From positions 288,001-352,000 of the forward strand of contig CAWKKR010000007.1 of the NCBI GenBank assembly GCA_963850305.1: DNA of 64,000 nucleotides, written 5' to 3'. Made by a program: the position numbers and the translations under genes. The first letter of the stretch is position 1; each line of letters opens with the position of its first letter. Of this stretch, positions 42,047 to 52,271 are shown in pieces. The stretch comes from an uncultured delta proteobacterium (GTDB lineage Bacteria; Myxococcota_A; Polyangia; Polyangiales; Polyangiaceae). The notes beneath the pieces are model-generated. The model had not been told where the DNA came from. It made no database searches and saw only the letters and a program-made list of their open reading frames with translations.

Positions 42047-42529
42047 ATGCCATTCGCCCTGAGCGAAGAACGCGACCGAGAACTGGCGAAGATCCTTTCG
42101 CGGTACCCGAACCGGATGGCCGCGTGCATTCCGGTGCTTCACCTCTGTCAGGAGGCGAACGAGGGATGGGTGTCGACGGACGTCATCGCGTTCGTCGCCG
42201 AGCGACTCGGTCTCAGCGCGGCGCACGTGAAGGGTGTGGTCACGTTCTATTCACTCTTCAACGAGACGCCGCCCGGCAAACATCAGGTCTGGGTTTGCCG
42301 CACTCTGTCTTGCGCCCTTCGCGGGAGCGGAGCGCTCATAGAGCATTGCGAGAAGCGGCTCGGCGTGCACGTCGGCGGCACGACCAAGGACGGAAAGGTG
42401 ACGTTGCGAACGGCGGAATGCCTCGCCGCGTGCGGCACCGCCCCCGTCATGCAAGTCGACAAGACGTATCACGAGAACCTCACCAAAGAGTCCGTGGACG
42501 AGATCCTCGACGGCCTCATCCGAGGTTGA
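42047..42529 (+). CDS. nuoE: NADH-quinone oxidoreductase subunit E
   Basis: VVTFYSLF, CRTLSCALRG, AECLAACGTAP ([2Fe-2S] ligands). Confidence 0.96.
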   Translation: MPFALSEERDRELAKILSRYPNRMAACIPVLHLCQEANEGWVSTDVIAFVAERLGLSAAHVKGVVTFYSLFNETPPGKHQVWVCRTLSCALRGSGALIEHCEKRLGVHVGGTTKDGKVTLRTAECLAACGTAPVMQVDKTYHENLTKESVDEILDGLIRG

Positions 42530-42563
42530 CGCAGGCGAGCGAGAAGCGGGGTCTTTCGGGAAC

Positions 42564-43910
42564 ATGCTGAAGCGATCCGACTATCTGACGAAGCACTACG
42601 GAGCACCCGACTCCTTTACGATCGGGCTCTACGAGCGGGACGGCGGCTATCAGGCGGCGCGCAAAGCCGTGACGATGCCGCGCGAAGCCCTCGTGGAGGA
42701 GATCAAGAAGGCCCACATCCGGGGGCGCGGCGGCGCGGGCTTCGACTGCGGCACGAAGATGAGCTTCATGCCGAAGGAGCCGAAGAAGCCGCACTACCTG
42801 GTCGTGAATGCGGACGAAGGCGAGCCGGGCACGTTCAAGGATCGCTCCATCATGGAGATGAACCCGCACGCGCTCGTCGAGGGATGCATCATCGAGTGCC
42901 ACGCGATCGGCGCGCAGACGGCGTACATCTACATCCGCGACGAGCTGCATCTCTCGAAGGCGCGCGTGGACCGGGCCATCGAGGAGGCGCGCGCGAAGGG
43001 TTATCTCGGTGCGCGCGCGGCCGGCGCTGGGAACCCCGTCGACGTCCACGTCCACACGGGCGCGGGCGCGTACATCTGCGGCGAAGAGACCGCGCTCCTC
43101 AATTCGCTGGAGGGTCGTCGCGGAGAGCCACGCATCAAGCCGCCGTTCCCGGCGCAGGCCGGCGTGTTCGGGTGCCCCACGACCGTGAACAACGTGGAGA
43201 CGATCGCGATCTTGCCATCGGCGCTCAGCCTGGGCTGCGACGCCTTCAGCCGTCTGTCGGACCTGCACACCTGGAATGACGGCGGCGTGCGTCTGTTCGG
43301 CGTCTCGGGTCACGTGAAGAAACCGGGTCTCTACGAGTGTCACGTCGGTCTCACCTTGCGGGAGCTCGTCTACGATCTCGGCGGCGGGATCCTCGGCGAT
43401 CGGAAGATGATCGGCGTCATCCCAGGCGGCTCATCGTGTCCGGTCCACTTGCCGGACGAAGTCGTGAACGTGCCCAACGACCCGCGCTTCGAGCCGTACA
43501 ACGGGAAGAGCATTCTCGACCTGCCGCTCGGCGTGGACCCGTTCCGCACGGTGGGCAGCATGCTCGGAACCTGCTGCGCGATCGTGCTCTCCGACGGCGC
43601 AGACCCGGTACTCGCCCTCAAGAACCTGATGGACTTCTACAAGCACGAGTCCTGCGGTCAGTGCACGCCGTGCCGCGAAGGATGCGGCTGGATCGTTCGT
43701 ATTCTGGACAAGGTCGTCGCCGGCACCGCGACGATGGCCGAGCTCGACCGCATCCACGAGGTCGCGGACGACATCACCGGGAACACCATCTGTGCGTTCG
43801 GGGACGGCGCTGCCCAGCCCGCGCTCGCGTTCGTGAGGCGGTACCGAAAGCACTTCGAGGACTACGTGACGACGGGCGGCAAATCGCAGACCGGGAGGCT
43901 CGCGCCATGA
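42564..43910 (+). CDS. nuoF: NADH-quinone oxidoreductase subunit F
   Basis: RGRGGAGF, NADEGEPGTFKDR, GAGAYICGEETAL, ESCGQCTPCREG, TICAFGD. Confidence 0.97.
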   Translation: MLKRSDYLTKHYGAPDSFTIGLYERDGGYQAARKAVTMPREALVEEIKKAHIRGRGGAGFDCGTKMSFMPKEPKKPHYLVVNADEGEPGTFKDRSIMEMNPHALVEGCIIECHAIGAQTAYIYIRDELHLSKARVDRAIEEARAKGYLGARAAGAGNPVDVHVHTGAGAYICGEETALLNSLEGRRGEPRIKPPFPAQAGVFGCPTTVNNVETIAILPSALSLGCDAFSRLSDLHTWNDGGVRLFGVSGHVKKPGLYECHVGLTLRELVYDLGGGILGDRKMIGVIPGGSSCPVHLPDEVVNVPNDPRFEPYNGKSILDLPLGVDPFRTVGSMLGTCCAIVLSDGADPVLALKNLMDFYKHESCGQCTPCREGCGWIVRILDKVVAGTATMAELDRIHEVADDITGNTICAFGDGAAQPALAFVRRYRKHFEDYVTTGGKSQTGRLAP

Positions 43911-44515
43911 GTGCCGGCGGCTTTCTGTTTCTCGTGTGTTCGATCGCGTGCATCGTCGGCGCGCTCGGCGTCGTGCTCGCCCGGAACCCGGTGCGCGCCG
44001 CGGTCGGCTTGCTGACGACCATCATCGGCATCGCCGGGCTCTTCCTGAAGCTATCGGCGCAGTTCCTCGCCGCGATTCAGCTCATCGTCTACGCGGGCGC
44101 GGTCGTGGTGCTCTTCGTGTTCGTGCTCATGCTGCTCGGCGCCGACGCCGCGGCGGTGCGGGAAGATCGTGCCCGCTTCGCGAAGCTCGTGAGCGGCGTG
44201 CTCCTCGGGCTCATGGCGCTCGGGACGATGTTCGCGCTCGCACCCCACGCGGACCAGGTGACTCGCTTCGCGGCGGTCCTGCCGGACTACGGCACCGTGG
44301 AGGGCGTCGGGAAGATGCTCTTCGTCGACGGGGTGGTCCCGTTCGAACTCGCGACGGCGCTGCTGATCGTCGCCGTCGTCGGCGCCATCGCGGTCGCTCG
44401 CGGCAAGCACTCGCCGGGCAAGAAAGTCACGTCCGTGAAGAACCCCAGGGACTTCTTCGTCGGTCCGGTTCTTCCCAGGGACGACTCCGGTCGTCCGAAA
44501 GAGGTGGCGCGATGA
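43907..44515 (+). CDS. nuoJ: NADH-quinone oxidoreductase subunit J
   Basis: RNPVRAA, AQFLAAIQLIVYAGAVVVLFVFVLMLL, PFELATALLIVAVVGA. Confidence 0.95.
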   Translation: MSAGGFLFLVCSIACIVGALGVVLARNPVRAAVGLLTTIIGIAGLFLKLSAQFLAAIQLIVYAGAVVVLFVFVLMLLGADAAAVREDRARFAKLVSGVLLGLMALGTMFALAPHADQVTRFAAVLPDYGTVEGVGKMLFVDGVVPFELATALLIVAVVGAIAVARGKHSPGKKVTSVKNPRDFFVGPVLPRDDSGRPKEVAR

Positions 44516-44829
44516 TGCTGATGGGGCAGCTGCTCGAACACTACGTGCTTCTCGCGTCCGTCATCTTCACGATCGGCGCCGTCGGCTTTCTGGTGCGAAG
44601 CAACATGCTGATTCAGCTGATGAGCATCGAGCTCATGCTGAACTCGGTGAACTTGCTCCTGGTCGCGTACAACCGGGTGCACCAGGGCAACCTGGGTGGC
44701 CAGATGTTCGCGTTCTTCATCATCGCGGTAGCGGCGGCCGAGGTCGCCGTCGGGCTCGCGATCGTTCTTTCTTTTTTCAGATTGCGCGGCGGCGTCCTGT
44801 CGGATGAAGCCGACGATCTGCGCGAGTGA
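44512..44829 (+). CDS. nuoK: NADH-quinone oxidoreductase subunit K
   Basis: MSIELMLNSVNL, GQMFAFFIIAVAAAEVAVGLAI. Confidence 0.96.
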   Translation: MMLMGQLLEHYVLLASVIFTIGAVGFLVRSNMLIQLMSIELMLNSVNLLLVAYNRVHQGNLGGQMFAFFIIAVAAAEVAVGLAIVLSFFRLRGGVLSDEADDLRE

Positions 44830-47414
44830 AGGCGGCCATGGATCTCCTGCAAGCGATTTTCCCCGCGCACGACTGTGCGCTGCTCGCCGCGATCATCTTT
44901 CTGCCGCTCCTCGGGGCGTTCGTGAACGGGGTGTTCGGGTCGCGGCTCGGCAAGGACGCCGTGACGCTCATGGGGCTCGCGACCGTCGGGGCGTCGTTCA
45001 TCGGCAGCTGCGCGGCTTTCTCGATGCTCCGCGTGCTGCAGACCGGCGAGGGTCCGGCCCGCCTCCTGTGGGATGGCTGGCAGTGGATCGGGCTCTCGAC
45101 GCCGGGCGAGGTCGACGCGCTGAGCCACGGCGCGGCCGTCCCTCTGCTGAAGATCGATGTCGCGTTCTCGATGGACGCCCTGAGTGCGACGATGGCGCTC
45201 ATCGTCACCGGCATCGGCTTCCTCATCCATCTCTACTCCACGAAGTACATGGACGAGGACGCGAGCTATCACCGCTTTTTCGCATACTTGAATCTCTTCA
45301 TCTTCTCGATGATGGTGCTCATCCTCGGGGACAGCCTCCCGATCCTCTTCATCGGGTGGGAGGGCGTCGGGCTCTGCAGCTACCTGCTCATCGGGTTCTG
45401 GTTTTCGGAGTCGGCGAACGCCGCGGCGGGCAAGAAGGCGTTCATCACCAACCGGATCGGGGACTTCGGGCTCCTCGTCGCGATGGCGTTGCTTCTCCGG
45501 TACACGGGTTCGCTGTCGTGGACGGGTGTCGCCGGTGGGGCGCGCGAGCTCCTCCACCCGGTGACCATCTGGCAGATCCCCTGGCTCGCCGGGAAGTCCG
45601 GCTTCTGGGGGGCGCTCGGCGCGCCGGTGCAGGTCTCGGCCGCGTCGCTCGTCGGCTTCTCCCTGTTCCTCGGATGCGCGGGGAAGAGCGCCCAGATCCC
45701 GCTCTACGTCTGGCTGCCCGACGCGATGGCGGGCCCCACACCGGTCAGCGCCCTCATCCACGCGGCGACCATGGTCACGGCCGGCGTGTACCTGGTGTGT
45801 CGCATGGCCCCGGTGTTCGTCCTGAGCCCGGCGGTGATGTTCACGGTCGCGTGTATCGGCGCTGCGACCGCCGTGCTCGCGGCGAGCATCGCGCTCGTCC
45901 AGAACGACATCAAGAAGGTGCTCGCGTACTCCACCGTGAGCCAGCTCGGCTACATGTTCATGGGCGTCGGGGTCGGCGCTTTCACGGCGGGGTTCTTCCA
46001 CGTCATCACGCATGCGTTCTTCAAGGCATGCTTGTTCCTCGGCGCCGGCTCGGTGATTCACGCGATGCACGCGCGCGTACACGGCCACGACGCCTCGCAG
46101 GACATCCGCAACATGGGCGGGCTCTGGAAGCATCTGCCGATCACCCACTGGACGTTCCTCGCGTCGTGCCTCGCGATCGCGGGCTTTCCGGGGACCAGCG
46201 GCTACTTCTCGAAGGACGAGATCCTTCACAGCGTGTTCATGTCGTCCGTGAAGCCGCCCACCGCCGACGGCATGATCGAGTCGATGCACTCCTTCGTCTG
46301 GCCGACGTGGGGCGGACAGGTGCTCCTCGCCGCGGGGATTCTCGGCGCGGTCATGACCGCCTTCTACATGTTCCGCCTGTACATCCTCGTGTTCCTCGGG
46401 GAGTTTCGCGGGTGGAAAATCGTCGAGGGCGCGGTGGACCCAGGCCACGATGCGCACGACCATGGCCACGACGGGCACGCTCACGATGCGCACGACGCCC
46501 ATGACCACGACGCGCACGGGCACCACCCGCACGAAGGGCTGCTCGAAGGACCGGCACCGCTCGAATCACCCTGGCAGATGTACTTGCCGCTCGTGGTACT
46601 CGGCACGCTGGCCATCGTGGGCGGCTTCGCGTTCATGCACCCGCTCGAGCTGTGGCTCGAGCCCGTGTTCGCAGTGGCGCGGAACGCCGTCGTCGCGACG
46701 GACCAGGGTGGCTTCGTCCAGGCGCTCGCGGCGGGCGCGGGGATCACGGGCCTTCTCGGCGCCGTCTACGTCTATTACTCGCAGCGCGGCGCACCCGCGA
46801 AGCAGCTCGCGGAGGGTTCACCGCGGCTTTACCAGCTCGTCCTCGACAAGTGGCGCGTGGACGAGTTCTACGACGAGTTCTTCATCGAGACGCTGGTCCT
46901 CATTGCCGACGTGTGCGTCTGGATCGACAAGTGGGTCGTCGATGGCATCATCGCGCGCTTCACGAGCTGGGTCGTTGCGGTGACGGGCCATCTGCTCCGC
47001 ATGGTCCAGACCGGCCGCGTCCAGGCCTACGCGGCCGTCATGGTCGTCGGTACGGCTTGCCTCGGGTGGTTCTTCACGATGCCGCAGGCCGTGGCGCACG
47101 TGGAGAGCGACGCCGCGAGCGGGCACTACACCGTCACGGCCGCGCCGGGGCTCGACTACGGCTATCGCTGGGACGCCGATGCGGACGGTAAGCCGGACGC
47201 GCCGGAATTCAGCGACCAGAAGAGCGTGGAGCTCACGCTTCGCATCGGTGAGACGCGCAATGTCCGCCTCGAGGTGAAGAATGCTTTCGGGCGCGTCGGC
47301 GCGCGAACGTTCAAGCTGACACGACCCGCCCCGGACGAAAGCGGGGCGACGGCAGCGCGGGATTCAACCGACCCGGCCGGGGTCGTCGCACTCGGTCAGG
47401 AGGCGCTCCGATGA
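44826..47414 (+). CDS. nuoL: NADH-quinone oxidoreductase subunit L, with His-rich loop and C-terminal extension
   Basis: GWEGVGLCSYLLIGFW, TNRIGDFG, GKSAQIPLYVWLPDAMAGPTPVSALIHAATMV, QNDIKKVLAYSTVSQLG. Confidence 0.96.
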   Translation: MKAAMDLLQAIFPAHDCALLAAIIFLPLLGAFVNGVFGSRLGKDAVTLMGLATVGASFIGSCAAFSMLRVLQTGEGPARLLWDGWQWIGLSTPGEVDALSHGAAVPLLKIDVAFSMDALSATMALIVTGIGFLIHLYSTKYMDEDASYHRFFAYLNLFIFSMMVLILGDSLPILFIGWEGVGLCSYLLIGFWFSESANAAAGKKAFITNRIGDFGLLVAMALLLRYTGSLSWTGVAGGARELLHPVTIWQIPWLAGKSGFWGALGAPVQVSAASLVGFSLFLGCAGKSAQIPLYVWLPDAMAGPTPVSALIHAATMVTAGVYLVCRMAPVFVLSPAVMFTVACIGAATAVLAASIALVQNDIKKVLAYSTVSQLGYMFMGVGVGAFTAGFFHVITHAFFKACLFLGAGSVIHAMHARVHGHDASQDIRNMGGLWKHLPITHWTFLASCLAIAGFPGTSGYFSKDEILHSVFMSSVKPPTADGMIESMHSFVWPTWGGQVLLAAGILGAVMTAFYMFRLYILVFLGEFRGWKIVEGAVDPGHDAHDHGHDGHAHDAHDAHDHDAHGHHPHEGLLEGPAPLESPWQMYLPLVVLGTLAIVGGFAFMHPLELWLEPVFAVARNAVVATDQGGFVQALAAGAGITGLLGAVYVYYSQRGAPAKQLAEGSPRLYQLVLDKWRVDEFYDEFFIETLVLIADVCVWIDKWVVDGIIARFTSWVVAVTGHLLRMVQTGRVQAYAAVMVVGTACLGWFFTMPQAVAHVESDAASGHYTVTAAPGLDYGYRWDADADGKPDAPEFSDQKSVELTLRIGETRNVRLEVKNAFGRVGARTFKLTRPAPDESGATAARDSTDPAGVVALGQEALR

Positions 47415-49237
47415 GCCCGCTCGCCGCCGGTCTACTCGACCTCTGGCCATATCTGCTCGCGTTCCTCGTGGGCACGCTCCTTCCGAAGCGACAGGGCTGG
47501 CCCGAACGCGTCGCGCTCGGTGTCGTCGGCGTTCTCGCCACGGCGTTCGTCATCGGGCTCTGGCCGGGGAAGGACGTCGTCGATCCAGATCGCCTGCCGT
47601 CGGAGTGGCCGCAGCTTCTGAACGTCATCGTGTTCATCCCCATCCTCGGGGCCGTCGCGGTGCTCTTCCTGCCTCGTCAGACGCCGAAGCTCCTCCGGCG
47701 GTTCACGATGGGCCTCATGGGGGCGGACTTCGTCGCGTCCCTCGGTCTGCTCTCAACGCCGATGTCGAAGGGGTGGCACTTCCAGTACGTCACCGAGTGG
47801 ATCCCCGCGTTCGGCATTCGCTATCACGTCGCGGTGGACGGCATCAGCTTGTGGCTCGTGCTCCTCACGACGCTGACCACACCGCTTGCGATGTACGCGT
47901 CCTTCGGCTCCCTCCAGAAGCGCACGAAGGATCTCTGCTTCTCGTTCCTGCTGCTCCAGGGCGCCATGCTCGGCGCCTTCGTGGCGCTCGATCTCTTCCT
48001 CTTCTACGTGTTCTGGGAGCTCATGCTCATTCCGATGATCCTCATCATCGGTGTGTGGGGCGGCGTAGAGCGGATCAAGGCCGCCTACAAGTTCTTCCTC
48101 TACACGATGTTCGGGAGCGTGCTGATGCTCGGCGCGATCCTCTACCTCGTGTGGGCGCACGACAAGGTCGCGGGCTACCTGACGTTCGACTATCTCGCGC
48201 TCCGCCGGCTCATCCTGCCGAACACCGCCGCCTGGCTCTGCTACGCGGCATTCGCGCTGGCCTTCGTCATCAAGGTGCCGATGTGGCCGTTCCACACGTG
48301 GTTGCCCGACGCGCACGTGCAGGCCCCGACGGGTGGGTCCGTCATCCTGGCGGCCGTGCTCCTCAAGCTCGGCGCGTACGGTTACATCCGCTTCTGTATG
48401 GGCATGCTCGAGGGTCCGGCATGGACCGCGGCCGCGACGCTGGGGACGGTCGCCATCGTCGGCGGCATCCTCTACGGCGCGCTCGTCGCCTGGAGACAGG
48501 AGGACGTGAAGAAGCTCATCGCGTACTCCTCCGTCGCGCATCTCGGCTTCGTGATGCTGGGCATTTTTGGAGCTACTCAAGCAGGCATGGCCGGCGCGAT
48601 CATCCAGATGGTCAATCACGGTGTGTCCACGGGCGCTCTGTTCCTCCTCGTCGGCGTCATCTACGACCGCCGTCACACGCGCCTGCTCAGTGAGTTCGGC
48701 GGGCTCGCGAAGGTGATGCCCGTCTACGCGGTGCTGTTCGTCATCGTGACGCTCGCCAGCGTCGGCGTGCCGGGCACGAACGGCTTCGTCGGCGAGTTCA
48801 TGGTCGTCATGGGCACCATGGTGTCGCAGGTGCTCGAGCGTCAGTCGATCGTTCAGACGACCTTTGCGGCCTTCGGCGTCATTCTGGCCGCGGTCTACAT
48901 GTTGCACCTCGTGCAGAAGATGTTCTTCGGTCCGCTCGACAATCCGAAGAACGAGCACCTGCCGGACCTGAACCCGCGCGAGACGCTGGCACTGGCGCCC
49001 CTCATCGTCATGGTGTTCGTCATCGGGCTCTTTCCGAACGTGCTCCTGTCGCGCATGACGGACAGCGTGAACGCCGCTCTCGACAGTTACGTGGATGGTC
49101 GCCTCCAGTACGAGCAGCACGAGGGTGAGGAGACCCTGCGCATGCGTCCCCACCGCGGCGGACCCCTCGAACAGGGTTACCCCAAACCCCCCCATGACTC
49201 GAGCGCGGCGGTCGCATCGAACGAGGTGGGCCGATGA
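47411..49237 (+). CDS. nuoM: NADH-quinone oxidoreductase subunit M
   Basis: VDGISL, FYVFWELM, KVPMWPFHTWLPDAHVQAPT, KKLIAYSSVAH, PGTNGFVGEF. Confidence 0.96.
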   Translation: MSPLAAGLLDLWPYLLAFLVGTLLPKRQGWPERVALGVVGVLATAFVIGLWPGKDVVDPDRLPSEWPQLLNVIVFIPILGAVAVLFLPRQTPKLLRRFTMGLMGADFVASLGLLSTPMSKGWHFQYVTEWIPAFGIRYHVAVDGISLWLVLLTTLTTPLAMYASFGSLQKRTKDLCFSFLLLQGAMLGAFVALDLFLFYVFWELMLIPMILIIGVWGGVERIKAAYKFFLYTMFGSVLMLGAILYLVWAHDKVAGYLTFDYLALRRLILPNTAAWLCYAAFALAFVIKVPMWPFHTWLPDAHVQAPTGGSVILAAVLLKLGAYGYIRFCMGMLEGPAWTAAATLGTVAIVGGILYGALVAWRQEDVKKLIAYSSVAHLGFVMLGIFGATQAGMAGAIIQMVNHGVSTGALFLLVGVIYDRRHTRLLSEFGGLAKVMPVYAVLFVIVTLASVGVPGTNGFVGEFMVVMGTMVSQVLERQSIVQTTFAAFGVILAAVYMLHLVQKMFFGPLDNPKNEHLPDLNPRETLALAPLIVMVFVIGLFPNVLLSRMTDSVNAALDSYVDGRLQYEQHEGEETLRMRPHRGGPLEQGYPKPPHDSSAAVASNEVGR

Positions 49238-50769
49238 GCCTCGCCTTCTCACTTTCCCCGATCCTGGTGATCGCGCTTGGGGCGATCCTGCTGATGCTTG
49301 CCGAAGCATTCGGTACGCCGACGGACCCGGCGGGCATGGAGGGGGATCTCGTCGTGGATGCCGGTGCCGGCAGGAGCGCCGAGCTCGGTCTCGTCGCGGC
49401 GATCATCCTGTTTCTCGGTGCGGTGATGAGCATCGCCGTCTGGCTCATCGGACCGGACAAGCTCGAGGGAACGGCGACCGTGCTGCCGTACCTCGTCATG
49501 GATCGCTTCTCGCTGTTCTTCAGCTTCGTGCTCTGCATCGGCGGAGCGCTCGCGGCGCTGCTTGCGGGCGGCTATTTGCCGGAGCACAAGATCGATCGCG
49601 CGGAGTTTTTCCCTCTGCTCCTCCTGTCGACGGTCGGCGCCATTGCGCTCGCGTGGTCGGGGGATCTCCTCAGCGCGTTCATCGGGCTCGAGACGATGTC
49701 ACTGGGCGTCTATTGCCTGATCGGTCTGCGGCGGGGGAGCGCTCGCGCCGCCGAAGCCGCGGTGAAGTACTTCTTGCTGGGCAGCTTCGCGGCCGCGCTG
49801 ATGCTATTCGGCTTTGCGCTCCTCTACGGGGCGACCGGCCACACCGATCTCCAGGGCATCGGGGAGGCCGTGAAGAGCATCGGCACTGCGGGGAGCACCG
49901 TGAGCGCGCCGACCGTGCTCATCGCGCTCGTGCTGACGCTCGTGGGGCTCGGGTTCAAGGTCAGCGCCGTGCCGTTTCACATGTGGACGCCGGACGCATA
50001 CGAAGGCGCACCCACCCCCACGACGACCTATATGGCGGTTGCAGTGAAGAGCGCGGCGTTCGCGGTCCTGCTGCGCGTTCTGCTCATCGGGTTCGGGGAT
50101 GAACGGCTGATGAGCTGGGGCACGGGCTGGCCGCCAGTGCTCGCGGGGCTCGCGGTCCTGTCCATGACCGTCGCGAACGTCATCGCGGGGCGACAGGAGT
50201 CCGTGAAACGCATGCTCGCGTACTCGTCGATTGCGCACGCCGGGTACGTGCTCGTCGGCGTCGCCGCAACGGTCCGCGCCAGCAGCGAAGCGCAAGCCAG
50301 CGTGCTCTTCTATCTGCTCGCCTACACCGTCTCGACTGCCGGTGCGTTCGGCGCGCTCATCGCGTGCGGCTCGCGCGGTAAAGAGGCCGTCACCTACGAA
50401 GACCTTGCCGGCGTCGGGCGGCGCCACCCGCCCGCGGCGCTCGCCTTTTCGCTGTTCCTGGTGTCGCTCGCGGGCATTCCGCCGACGGCCGGGTTCTTCG
50501 GCAAGCTTTACATCTTCCACGCGGCCATGGACGCGCAGCTCTACACGGTGGCGATCATCGGCCTCCTGAACAGCGTCGTGGGGGCTTACTACTACGCACG
50601 CGTGATGGTGTTCATGTACATGCGTGAACCCGCGCCGGGCGCGTCGATCGCCGTGCCGATGCGTTCGGGTCTCGTGGCTTCCGCGCTGATCATCGCCGCG
50701 GTCCTCGTGATCGCGTTCGGTATCATGCCGGGCAGTCTGCTCGACATGGCGAGCACGGCGGGCCTCTGA
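49234..50769 (+). CDS. nuoN: NADH-quinone oxidoreductase subunit N
   Basis: EAAVKYFLLG, FKVSAVPFHMWTPDAYEGAP, KRMLAYSSIAHAGY, SLAGIPPTAGFFGK. Confidence 0.96.
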   Translation: MSLAFSLSPILVIALGAILLMLAEAFGTPTDPAGMEGDLVVDAGAGRSAELGLVAAIILFLGAVMSIAVWLIGPDKLEGTATVLPYLVMDRFSLFFSFVLCIGGALAALLAGGYLPEHKIDRAEFFPLLLLSTVGAIALAWSGDLLSAFIGLETMSLGVYCLIGLRRGSARAAEAAVKYFLLGSFAAALMLFGFALLYGATGHTDLQGIGEAVKSIGTAGSTVSAPTVLIALVLTLVGLGFKVSAVPFHMWTPDAYEGAPTPTTTYMAVAVKSAAFAVLLRVLLIGFGDERLMSWGTGWPPVLAGLAVLSMTVANVIAGRQESVKRMLAYSSIAHAGYVLVGVAATVRASSEAQASVLFYLLAYTVSTAGAFGALIACGSRGKEAVTYEDLAGVGRRHPPAALAFSLFLVSLAGIPPTAGFFGKLYIFHAAMDAQLYTVAIIGLLNSVVGAYYYARVMVFMYMREPAPGASIAVPMRSGLVASALIIAAVLVIAFGIMPGSLLDMASTAGL

Positions 50770-50790
50770 CTCCCCCCGAGGACGACTTTA

Positions 50791-51297
50791 TCAGCGTATC
50801 ACCTCGAACCGGAGTTCTTCGGGCCCCGGTCCGATGACGAGCGGCGCATAGTGGAGCTCGAGCTTTCGCGACGATTTCGGGACCTCGAACGTGACGAACC
50901 CCCGAGCCTCGCGCCCGAGCGATAGCCGCACCGGGGCGATGCCGGGTTCGCAGCCGGCGAGGGTGCTCGAATAGCTCCGGTCCGCCTCGTCGTAGAGCGT
51001 CGCGTAAAATGGGTTGGCCGGCACCTCGAGGGTCGAAGTGCCGGCCATGACCACTTCGATGCCGACCTTGGCGAACCCCGGTCTCGCTGCAAAGGGCGGC
51101 TCCATGGGGCAATCCCTCACCGATTCGACGCTCATTCGGTAGTCGTGGGCGTGCCCGAGCTCGCCGACCGGATGGACGCGGGCCTCGGCGCCTATGAGAG
51201 GGGCGGGCTCGGCAGTGGCCGGCGGCGCGATCTTGTCGGCGGGCGCCGCCCGGCATCCGACGGCCAAAACCAATCCGAGCGCTGCCAGGTTCCGCAC
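50791..51297 (-). CDS. DUF4352-like lipoprotein
   Basis: Lipobox AVGC after probable GTG 51297; beta-sandwich motifs NPFYATLYDE, ARGFVTFEVP. Confidence 0.7.
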   Translation of the reverse strand: MRNLAALGLVLAVGCRAAPADKIAPPATAEPAPLIGAEARVHPVGELGHAHDYRMSVESVRDCPMEPPFAARPGFAKVGIEVVMAGTSTLEVPANPFYATLYDEADRSYSSTLAGCEPGIAPVRLSLGREARGFVTFEVPKSSRKLELHYAPLVIGPGPEELRFEVIR

Positions 51298-51431
51298 GGC
51301 AAGATCGTACCAAACCGGGGCTGGAAAACGACGGTCCGCTGCCGGCAGAGGAGACTCGACCGGCTTCCTGCTTGCTATGTTGGGCACGGGTGAGCCATTT
51401 CCCGCGGATCTCACCACTCGAAATTTCACCG

Positions 51432-52271
51432 ATGACCTGCCGACTCATCCTGCTCCTCGCGGCCTCCGTCCTTTTCCCGGGCTGTAGATCGAAAGCCACG
51501 GTCGTCGAGAAGGAGAGGCCTGCTTCTTCCGCTTCAGCCTCGCCGGTCCGGAGTCCGATCGCGCCGGAGCAGATTCAGGCTGCCGTGAACCCCGCGCACG
51601 AGGCGCCATATTCGGGCCCCATCGGCAGCGTTCATGGGGTCGTGCACGTGACGGGAGACGCGGCACCGGAGCTTCCCGGCGTGCTCGCGAAGATCCCGGT
51701 GGGGCAGTGCAACGACGCGCGCGCCTTCTACGGAAAGATGTTTCGCGAAGGCCCTGATCGAGAGCTCGCAGACGTGCTCGTCGCGGTGACCGACTACAAG
51801 GGTTACCTGCCGGCGAAGGCGATGTCGAAAACGGTCGTCGCGCGGGGGTGCGCGTTCGATTCGCGGACCGTCGCGCTGACGTTCGGTCAGGTGCTGATGG
51901 TCAAGAATGAGAGCTCGCGGACGTTCATTCCGCAACTCATTGGCGCACGCGAAGCTGCATTGCTCGTTGCCGTACCACGCGGGGAGCCGATCCCGCTGTT
52001 CCCCGATCACGTCGGGGAATATTCGCTTCAAGATCAGACACAGACTTTCGCGACGGCGGACGTGTTCGTCTTGAGGTACCCCACGGTCGCGGTGACGGGC
52101 CTGGACGGCGCGTTCGATATCCGGGACCTCCCTGCTGGCCCCGCGGTGATCACCGCGTATTTGCCGGCCGCCAAGCAGCAGGCGAGTCAGCACATCAACA
52201 TCGTGGCCGGTGAGGCGACCACTATCAATCTCGTGATTCCATTCAAGAACCCGAAGGCAGCCGCGCCCTGA
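51432..52271 (+). CDS. Lipoprotein with cupredoxin/carboxypeptidase-regulatory-like domains
   Basis: Lipobox FPGC; GSVHGVV, ARGCAFD, AVTGLDGAFDIRDLPAG. Confidence 0.75.
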   Translation: MTCRLILLLAASVLFPGCRSKATVVEKERPASSASASPVRSPIAPEQIQAAVNPAHEAPYSGPIGSVHGVVHVTGDAAPELPGVLAKIPVGQCNDARAFYGKMFREGPDRELADVLVAVTDYKGYLPAKAMSKTVVARGCAFDSRTVALTFGQVLMVKNESSRTFIPQLIGAREAALLVAVPRGEPIPLFPDHVGEYSLQDQTQTFATADVFVLRYPTVAVTGLDGAFDIRDLPAGPAVITAYLPAAKQQASQHINIVAGEATTINLVIPFKNPKAAAP

